Shown here: positions 9,067 to 15,930 of the stretch, one piece after another
Layout: each line of letters opens with the position of its first letter
Position numbering within the stretch: the stretch's first letter is position 1
Assembly: GCA_900544595.1 (NCBI GenBank)
Contig: UQVQ01000005.1
Span: 7,440-71,439, forward strand
Origin: an uncultured Bacillota bacterium
Lineage (GTDB): Bacteria; Bacillota; Clostridia; Christensenellales; UBA1242
Direction: 5' to 3'
DNA length: 64,000 nucleotides
The notes under the pieces: model-generated
Databases searched by the model: none
Seen by the model: only the letters and a program-made list of their open reading frames with translations
What the model was told of the DNA's origin: nothing
Made by a program: the position numbers and the translations under genes

Positions 9067-10710
9067 ATGAAGAATGTTAAAAAAACAAATAAAACAAATG
9101 AAAATGCTAAAAATTCAAAAAAAAATAATGCGAATTTGGAAAAACAAATGCAGCCAACGAATGGAACTTGTAGCATTGAAACGGCGAAACCACGAAAAAT
9201 AAAAGTTTTTAACTCAATTATCGTTATGATTGGAATTGCTCTTTTTGTTGTTTCTGCAATCTTGGTTTTTCAACTTTTGTTCGACAACGGGGTTATTCCA
9301 TCAAACGAATTTTATGATAACACAAGCATAAATGGCGTTGACGTTAGCGGAATGAGCAAAGGCGAAGCCGCTCAACTTATTTCAACTAAATTGCTTTCTT
9401 CAAAGGACGAAATTGAAGTTAAACTTAAGTATCAAGACAAAGAATGGGTTTTGAAAGGCTCAGATTTTGAATATAGCAGTGAGCTGGTTAATAAGATTGA
9501 CGAAACTTTTATGCAATCCCATAGCGGAACCGTTTCGCAAAAAGTTACTGCCGTTAGGAACATCAAAACTAACGGTCTTAAAATAAATTTGTCATATCGT
9601 TATATTTTGAAAGGGTTTGACGAAAAAATTGACGAAATAATTAAAGAAATCAATGTTGAACCTCAAGCCCCAGAAGTTGTTTTTAAACCCAACGACGAGG
9701 TTATGTTCTCTCTTAGTGAAGGTAATAACGGAATTGAGGTCGACAGAAATGCTTTGTTCGACCAAATTGATAATGCGTTTAGGAAATCACGCAAAATTGA
9801 AATTGAAATTCCAATAAAAGAAGTTGCATTTGAGACGCCAACCGAAAATCCAATTGACAACATTGTTAAACGTTCGGTTTTTTCAACCGACTATTCTTCA
9901 AGCGTTGACGGAAGAAAAAATAATGTTAATCGTGCCCTTCTCGATTTTAACGGTATGGTTGTTAAACCGGGCGAAGAGGTTAGTTTTAACACTGTAACAG
10001 GCGATAAAACCCCAGAAAAAGGGTATCAAAAAGCAAAGATAATTTTAAACGGCGTTTATGTTGATGGCTTTGGCGGGGGTGCATGCCAAGCATCAACAAC
10101 ACTTTATAATGCTCTTATCTTAGCCGATATTGAAATTCTTGAAGTGAACCCACATTCTCTTCCTGTTTCATATGTTCCGCTTGCGTTCGACGCAATGGTT
10201 AGCGAAGGCTATTCCGACTTGCGCTTTAAAAACAACCTTGAAAACCCAATTTACATTAAAACTTGGGGCGACGAAACAAGAGCATATGTTCAAATTTATG
10301 GAGAGCCCTTTGAGGAAGGTCTTGAAATTAAACGCCGCGCAGAGTTCATTGGAACAATCCCACACGAAGGCGATACAATAATTAAAGACACAGAAGGCGA
10401 ATATGCAGATAAAATTACGTATGCTGGTGAGTATTTAAGAATTCGTTATCCTCGCGAAGGTTATCATTCCAAAGGATACTTGTGTTACTACAAAAACGGG
10501 GAGCTTATAAGCGAAAAATTGATTCGCGACGAAATTTATAAACCACAAAAAGGAATTGTTATGGAAGGAACCGAAACTCTTGGCGAAGGAATGGTTATTC
10601 CAGAAAACGAGGTTGAAATAATCCCTCCCCAAGAAGGCGCAACTAAATTAACAGAAGTTTCTGTTAAGAGAAAAATAAGCCAACAAAATCCGCCAAATCT
10701 TTGTCCATAA
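9067..10710 (+). CDS. VanW/YoaR-family protein, membrane-anchored
   Basis: There is an N-terminal TM helix (IIVMIGIALFVVSAILVFQLLF). The VanW-type core is GFGGGACQASTTLYNALILADIEILEVNPHS. Confidence 0.8.
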   Translation: MKNVKKTNKTNENAKNSKKNNANLEKQMQPTNGTCSIETAKPRKIKVFNSIIVMIGIALFVVSAILVFQLLFDNGVIPSNEFYDNTSINGVDVSGMSKGEAAQLISTKLLSSKDEIEVKLKYQDKEWVLKGSDFEYSSELVNKIDETFMQSHSGTVSQKVTAVRNIKTNGLKINLSYRYILKGFDEKIDEIIKEINVEPQAPEVVFKPNDEVMFSLSEGNNGIEVDRNALFDQIDNAFRKSRKIEIEIPIKEVAFETPTENPIDNIVKRSVFSTDYSSSVDGRKNNVNRALLDFNGMVVKPGEEVSFNTVTGDKTPEKGYQKAKIILNGVYVDGFGGGACQASTTLYNALILADIEILEVNPHSLPVSYVPLAFDAMVSEGYSDLRFKNNLENPIYIKTWGDETRAYVQIYGEPFEEGLEIKRRAEFIGTIPHEGDTIIKDTEGEYADKITYAGEYLRIRYPREGYHSKGYLCYYKNGELISEKLIRDEIYKPQKGIVMEGTETLGEGMVIPENEVEIIPPQEGATKLTEVSVKRKISQQNPPNLCP

Positions 10711-10721
10711 AATTTAAAAAT

Positions 10722-10751
10722 AAAAAACAGGGAATTTTTCCTTGTTTTTTT
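10722..10751 (+). terminator. Rho-independent terminator after the VanW-family gene
   Basis: AACAGGG (10726-10732) pairs with CCTTGTT (10740-10746) with one G-U pair. An A-run lies 5' and a T-run 3'. Confidence 0.55.
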
Positions 10752-10810
10752 ATAAAATTTTTTAATTTTTAAATAATTTTTATTTATTTTAATATTATTT
10801 AATTTATTTA

Positions 10811-11248
10811 TTAAAAATAATTGCTTAATTTAAAAATATTATTTAAATGAGAAAATGCAATTTCTCTTAAAACAGGAGAATCTTCGTCGAGAAAAGAAAC
10901 TAATTCTTCAAGAAATTCTGTTTCTTTTTGAATTGCAAATTTAAGACAAAAACGAAGATTGTTTGGTCTTCTTGGAAGAGCAATGTTTGTTTCGGAAAAC
11001 TCCGTTTCAAGTTCGGAAAGAAGAAGGGTTATGTTTTGCGAAACCTCTTTTTCAAGCGCTTTAAATTCGTTTCTTATTCTCATGTTTCGAATTCGAATTG
11101 CTATGTAGCCATACACCCAGTTTAAAAGATAAAGCTTCTCGAAAAGCGACTTGCTTTCAAGTTTGCTCCGTTTAAGTTTTTCGTTATATTCTTTTGCAAG
11201 AAGAGCAAATTCATCTGGAGAAGAAATTATATTGTCGTTATATTCCAC
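10811..11248 (-). CDS. Hypothetical helical protein (145 aa), GTG start
   Basis: ORF with RBS GGGAGAG 6 nt upstream of a GTG start. I recognise no motif. It is divergent from the ferritin-like gene. Confidence 0.5.
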   Translation of the reverse strand: MEYNDNIISSPDEFALLAKEYNEKLKRSKLESKSLFEKLYLLNWVYGYIAIRIRNMRIRNEFKALEKEVSQNITLLLSELETEFSETNIALPRRPNNLRFCLKFAIQKETEFLEELVSFLDEDSPVLREIAFSHLNNIFKLSNYF

Positions 11249-11358
11249 CTTTTTCTCTCCCGTTTAAGTTTATATGCATTCCGCCTTTCTTTTGTTAAAA
11301 TTAACTTTTTCTTTGCCCAGTGCATAACTATTTGAGAATGAAAGGAGAGAAATGCTTT

Positions 11359-12222
11359 ATGGAAATATATAGAAAAATAACCCCAACTTGCGTTAAAGAA
11401 AGTCTTGAAAGAAAAGAAAAACTTTTGCAAAGAAAAGGGGCGCAAAAAAAATTTAATTTGGAAGAACCAAACCAAAATCTTTCAAATCAAAGCGAAAATA
11501 ATTTTGAACCAAGGAATAACGAAGAGACGGCGCCAAATGCCCCAAATTTAAACGAATCGCCAAGCCCAAACGGAACACCTAACCTTGACAATGGCAGCAA
11601 TGAAGGGCAAAATTCAAGCAATAATGAAGCGGGAAATTTAAACCCAAATAATGATCAAAATCCAAGCCAAAATAACGAGCAAGAACCAAACCAAAACGGG
11701 GAAGGGCAGTTAAATCAACATGGAACACAAAACTCAATTTTCGAATCAAACGAACCATACCCAGAAGTTACAGCTGGACTTCGAAATCAAAAAGACATTC
11801 GAACCCTTAAGGCGTTGGCGTTTGACCGCGACGGCGAACTGACCGCAATTTTAACACACATATTCCAGCATACTGTTTTGCCAAACGACCTTGGAACTCT
11901 TAAAGAAATTTTAAGACAAATTGCAATTGTTGAAATGAAACACTATGAAGCGCTTTCCGAAGCCGTTGCTAAACTTGGGGGAACTCCAACCCTAACCGAC
12001 GGGAAAGGAAATGTTTGGACGGGAAGGAATGTTTCGTCAATAACAAATCCAAAACGAATTTTGGAAACAAACGCAAAAAGTGAGCGCGAAGCAATTGCAA
12101 CTTATAATCGCGTTGCAAGGGAAACAGAAAACGAAAGTCTTTCGCTTTTATACAAGCGAATTGCGGAGGACGAAAAATTACACCTTGAAATTTTTGAAAA
12201 ATTGCTTGAAGTTTTAAATTAA
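11359..12222 (+). CDS. Ferritin-like di-iron domain protein with a ~130-aa N/Q/P/E-rich low-complexity N-terminal region
   Basis: There are two ExxH motifs in predicted helices (VEMKHYEAL and DEKLHLEIF) plus partner Glu residues. This fits the ferritin/rubrerythrin/CotJC-like superfamily. The start was moved to the ATG at 11359, 9 nt after AAGGAGAG. Confidence 0.6.
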   Translation: MEIYRKITPTCVKESLERKEKLLQRKGAQKKFNLEEPNQNLSNQSENNFEPRNNEETAPNAPNLNESPSPNGTPNLDNGSNEGQNSSNNEAGNLNPNNDQNPSQNNEQEPNQNGEGQLNQHGTQNSIFESNEPYPEVTAGLRNQKDIRTLKALAFDRDGELTAILTHIFQHTVLPNDLGTLKEILRQIAIVEMKHYEALSEAVAKLGGTPTLTDGKGNVWTGRNVSSITNPKRILETNAKSEREAIATYNRVARETENESLSLLYKRIAEDEKLHLEIFEKLLEVLN

Positions 12223-12346
12223 CATTTAACTTAATAAAAATATAATAAAAATTATTTATAAATAAAAAATAAAAATAAATAATAAATTAAATTAAAAATA
12301 ATAAATTAAAATATAATAAATAAACAGTAAATTAAATTAAAAACAA

Positions 12347-12382
12347 AATAAAAAACCACCAAATTAATGGTGGTTTTTTTGT
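12347..12382. terminator. Bidirectional terminator between convergent genes
   Basis: CCACCA (12356-12361) pairs with TGGTGG (12368-12373). An A-run lies 5' and a T-run 3', so the hairpin works on both strands. Confidence 0.7.
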
Positions 12383-12389
12383 TAGTTTT

Positions 12390-15107
12390 TTAATTCTTTG
12401 GAATTGAATTCGTAATTGCGTCGGCAAGTTTTTTAATTGTTTTGTCATCGAGTTCAACTTGTGAAGGTCCGCCTCCGCCTCTTCCAAGAAGTTTGGAAGC
12501 TTGGTCTTGCGCTCCAAGAATTCTCTTTTGGGTTTTAAGTTCATCTGAAATCTTTTCTTCTTTGCCGCTGTAGCCATGCATTCTGTTTTCAATTGCTTTG
12601 AAGCCGCCAGCATCCTTAAAGCCTTTAGCAAGGTTAGCGCCAAGAGCATTGAAAATAGGGCTCAAATTATCGGAAGATAAAGCGTCTTTAAATGCATTTG
12701 CCATTTTCTTCCCCGCCGCTGCAGCATCTGCAGCCGACATCCCAGAATTTTTCAAGTATCCGCCAGCTCTATCAAGATCGGCAATACTTTTTGCCGCATT
12801 ATATTTTGCTTGTGAGGCAATGCTTTGTTTTTCGTTTTCAATTTCTTTTTCAGCTGCCTCTTTCTTGCTTACGGCTTCAGCTCTTTCTGATTCAACTTTA
12901 GTTTTCTTGCTTTGAACTGTTGCCTTTTGTGCTTCAAGTTTTTTGATTTCATAGTTTGCTGTTGATTTTGACGTTCCGCCTAATTTCGAGCTTGCAGAGG
13001 CTGTTTTTATAGCATCAATTTGGGAATCGTAGCTAGAAATTTGAGAGTTGAAATCGGCAATTTGAGAGTCGAAATTGCTAATATTTTTGTCGTGCCCTTC
13101 AATTTCTTTATTAAGATTGTCAATGTTTTCCTTTGAATTGTTAATTTTTATTGGAGATAAATCAATTCTTTCTCTAGCCACGTTTTGACGAGCTTTTCTT
13201 TCTGCTTTGGATATATTATGCCAAGCTTCTTTTCCGCCAATTTCTTCTTGCGCTGTAAGTTTTGCAACTTTATTTAACTCGCGATTTATTTGGCTTCTGT
13301 TATAAGCTTTTCTAATTCTTGTTGGGCTTATTGCGAGGTGATTTTCATCCTTTTCCTCGTATTTTAGCCGTGCCTCGTCTTTTTGTTCTTGAGACATTTT
13401 ACTTCTCATTGAGCGAAGGACTCTTTTTTGTCCACGCGAACTCAATTTGTCATAATAACCTTTTTGGTCTTCATCCATACTCCCAAGCGCGGCTTCGTTT
13501 TCTGCTTCTTTTTGGCGGTGTTTATCGCGCATATTCGAAACTTTGTTTGTTGCGCCTTTAACACCTTTGAAAGCAAGCTTTGACCCTTTAACAGCAAGAC
13601 CAGCTGGCATTGCGGCAACTTGACCAATTTTTGAAATAGTTCCGCCAACTTCTCCTGACATTCCTTCCCCGCCTTTTAACGAATCGTCGCCTCCGATAAA
13701 TTCGGAAATTGTTCCGCAAAGGTCTTTAACCATGATAAGACCAACAATTACGAAAAGCATTGAAACAATTGAATCAACAAATGGAATGTTGAAGAAATTG
13801 ATTTCTGTTATGAAAGGAAGGATAACGAAGAATAAGTTAAGTCCAACAATTGGGCCATAAGCTGCAATAACTTTTGATGTAAATTTTTCGCGCCATTTTT
13901 TAAGCGCCGCGCCGTCGTCCAAAGGCATAAGCGATGAAATTGGGGCAGCGATTAAGAAGAGAACAACAAGTTCGAAAATTCTTTTCATAAGCCCGAATGT
14001 TAAGTAGATTAAAAGTTTTGCTGCAATAACAAGTGCTCCAATGCAAATTACGAAGTTGAAAGACCAAAGGTCGTAGTAGAACCAAACTTGTTTAACATCG
14101 TTTTTATCGAATGATTGAATTGAGTCTGGAGCATAGTTTCCAATGAATGAACTTCTGTCGCCAAAAGGATAGAGGAAACTTTTGTTAAAATCGTCGTTCG
14201 AACCAAGAGACGCGGCTGTTTTAAGAGAGTAGGAATTTGCATAACATTCGTCAAGCAAGTTTGCCGCTCTTGAATATTGCTGTCCAAAATTGTTAAACAC
14301 GCCCGCGCTAACATTTGTTTCTGTAAGATGGTTTTGGAAAGTTGTTGAGTTTCTTATTCTGTTTGCTTTGTATGCAGAGGCTTTAAAAATCAAACCGCTT
14401 ATTGGGGTTGAGGTTGTTGCAACATTAACCTTCTCGTTGCTTCCCCAGAAATTGTAGGCTATGTATGTTTTTTGATCGGTTGCGGTTGTGTATTGTTGGA
14501 AAAGATTTGAAATGTTGTAGGTTGTTGTGTTTCCGCTCTCGTCCGTAACTGTGTAGGTTGCGCCCCCAACTTCCGAACTGCTTGACCCGGAAGTTATTGT
14601 GTCGAGCGCTTGAAGGATTATGTTTGAAAGATAGATGCCAAAGAAACAAACAATTGGAACGATTGCAAAAGATGCAATGGCTTTAAAAGCTTTTCCAATG
14701 ATTTTTCCTTTTGATGCGCTTTTTGCATCGGTTGCTGCATATTCCGAACGAAGAACTGCAACAAAGGTTGTTATGATTAAAAGAATTAATGCAAGGATTA
14801 TGAGAGCCCAGAAAATGTTTGAAAGAATTGCATTGTCACCTGTGAAAATTGTTCGAATAAACCTAAGAACAAGGTCACCAGATTCTTTTGTTGCTTCTGC
14901 GCCGCCTAAGATTGTGTCGGACGAATAGTAGACAACATCAAGACCTGCAACTTTTCTTACAAGGAGTTGAAGGATATCTAAAAGTTGGAAAATCAAGGTG
15001 CAAAGGAAATATAAGAGTTTTGGAATGATTGAGATAAACGCTCCCCACCATCCTGAAAACCATTCTCGAATTTTTTCGCCAACACCTGCAATAAAAACAA
15101 CGTTCAT
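12390..15107 (-). CDS. Large polytopic membrane protein (905 aa) with a long C-terminal K/E-rich coiled-coil region; function unknown
   Basis: The start was moved to the ATG at 15107 (RBS AAGGAGA). The N-terminal ~500 aa contain several hydrophobic helices. The C-terminal ~400 aa are charged and coiled-coil-like, and include three tandem heptads: FDSQIAD/FNSQISS/YDSQIDA. Confidence 0.7.
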   Translation of the reverse strand: MNVVFIAGVGEKIREWFSGWWGAFISIIPKLLYFLCTLIFQLLDILQLLVRKVAGLDVVYYSSDTILGGAEATKESGDLVLRFIRTIFTGDNAILSNIFWALIILALILLIITTFVAVLRSEYAATDAKSASKGKIIGKAFKAIASFAIVPIVCFFGIYLSNIILQALDTITSGSSSSEVGGATYTVTDESGNTTTYNISNLFQQYTTATDQKTYIAYNFWGSNEKVNVATTSTPISGLIFKASAYKANRIRNSTTFQNHLTETNVSAGVFNNFGQQYSRAANLLDECYANSYSLKTAASLGSNDDFNKSFLYPFGDRSSFIGNYAPDSIQSFDKNDVKQVWFYYDLWSFNFVICIGALVIAAKLLIYLTFGLMKRIFELVVLFLIAAPISSLMPLDDGAALKKWREKFTSKVIAAYGPIVGLNLFFVILPFITEINFFNIPFVDSIVSMLFVIVGLIMVKDLCGTISEFIGGDDSLKGGEGMSGEVGGTISKIGQVAAMPAGLAVKGSKLAFKGVKGATNKVSNMRDKHRQKEAENEAALGSMDEDQKGYYDKLSSRGQKRVLRSMRSKMSQEQKDEARLKYEEKDENHLAISPTRIRKAYNRSQINRELNKVAKLTAQEEIGGKEAWHNISKAERKARQNVARERIDLSPIKINNSKENIDNLNKEIEGHDKNISNFDSQIADFNSQISSYDSQIDAIKTASASSKLGGTSKSTANYEIKKLEAQKATVQSKKTKVESERAEAVSKKEAAEKEIENEKQSIASQAKYNAAKSIADLDRAGGYLKNSGMSAADAAAAGKKMANAFKDALSSDNLSPIFNALGANLAKGFKDAGGFKAIENRMHGYSGKEEKISDELKTQKRILGAQDQASKLLGRGGGGPSQVELDDKTIKKLADAITNSIPKN

Positions 15108-15341
15108 TGAATTCTCCTTTGTTTTTTTAAGTCTAACACAAAAAAAACAAAATGTAAACATTTTTAGATAAATTATATCTTTATATATTATATATCAACA
15201 TTATTTTGTCAAAATTTGCAAAAAACTATGCCTAGAAAATTTTTTAAAAAGTGAAATTATTTTAAGAAATTGCATAAAATTAGTAGACAAATCATTTTCT
15301 TGCCTATATAATAAGGGCGATTTTTAATTTACGAGGTGAAG

Positions 15342-15821
15342 ATGAAAGAAAATCAATATATTAGATGTCCAAGATGCGAACTTAACTATATTCAAAAAAA
15401 GGACAAACTTTGCTCGGTTTGCCAAGCGGAACTTAATGCAGATTCTTCCTATGACGAACTTGACATGGAAACTTGCCCAATTTGCAAAACAAATTTCATT
15501 CGCCCAGACGAAATTATGTGTGCACAATGCGCAAAAGAGCGCCAAATTAACGGCGAAAATGTTGGGCTTGACGATGACTGGGAAAACTATGTTGACCCAA
15601 GCGATGAAGGGCTTGCTTCGGAAGACGAAGAAACAGGCGACATGGCTCGCGTAACCGATCTTGAAGACGACGATCTTGACGATCTTGAAACCGACGATGA
15701 CGATCTTCCAGAAATTGACGAAGAACTTGATTTTGACGACGACGACGAAGAGGAAGAAGATGAAGACGAAGACGATGAAGATGATGACGAAGACTTCGAC
15801 GATGAAGATGACGATTTTTAA
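15342..15821 (+). CDS. Double zinc-ribbon protein with a ~90-aa polyacidic (D/E) C-terminal tail
   Basis: There are two CxxC...CxxC units: CPRCELNYIQKKDKLCSVC and CPICKTNFIRPDEIMCAQC. The tail is almost pure D/E (DDDEEEEDEDEDDEDDDEDFDDEDDDF). GAGG lies upstream of the ATG at 15342. Confidence 0.65.
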   Translation: MKENQYIRCPRCELNYIQKKDKLCSVCQAELNADSSYDELDMETCPICKTNFIRPDEIMCAQCAKERQINGENVGLDDDWENYVDPSDEGLASEDEETGDMARVTDLEDDDLDDLETDDDDLPEIDEELDFDDDDEEEEDEDEDDEDDDEDFDDEDDDF

Positions 15822-15843
15822 AAAAACAATAACAAAAATTGTT

Positions 15844-15870
15844 AGCGCTTGGCTTTGCCAGGCGTTTTTT
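15844..15870 (+). terminator. Rho-independent terminator after the zinc-ribbon gene
   Basis: A ~10-bp stem, AGCGCTTGGC/GCCAGGCGTT (two G-U pairs), with a 3-nt loop and then TTTTTT. Confidence 0.7.
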
Positions 15871-15930
15871 ATTAAAAATGATTTTTAGATTTGTTAAATA
15901 TGTTGTATAATTAAGCTACTGAGGGAAAAA

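Noticed and set aside
12223-12346. AT-only repetitive spacers (also 10752-10810, 25570-25750 and 50620-50775) considered as possible CRISPR or other repeat arrays
   Set aside because: There is no repeat-spacer architecture and no conserved 25-40-bp unit separated by unique spacers. They are A/T low-complexity intergenic DNA with short degenerate tandem motifs. Only the phased A-tract array at 50691-50775 was kept as a finding.
15108-15161. ORF-track N-terminal extensions of several minus- and plus-strand genes: 15161, 21074, 27980, 28608, 31190, 36239, 40582, 40627 and 50585
   Set aside because: In each case an internal ATG is preceded by a good AGGAGG-type RBS at 5-10 nt. That ATG begins a signal peptide or a conserved N-terminus. 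The extensions run through promoters, terminators or neighbouring genes.
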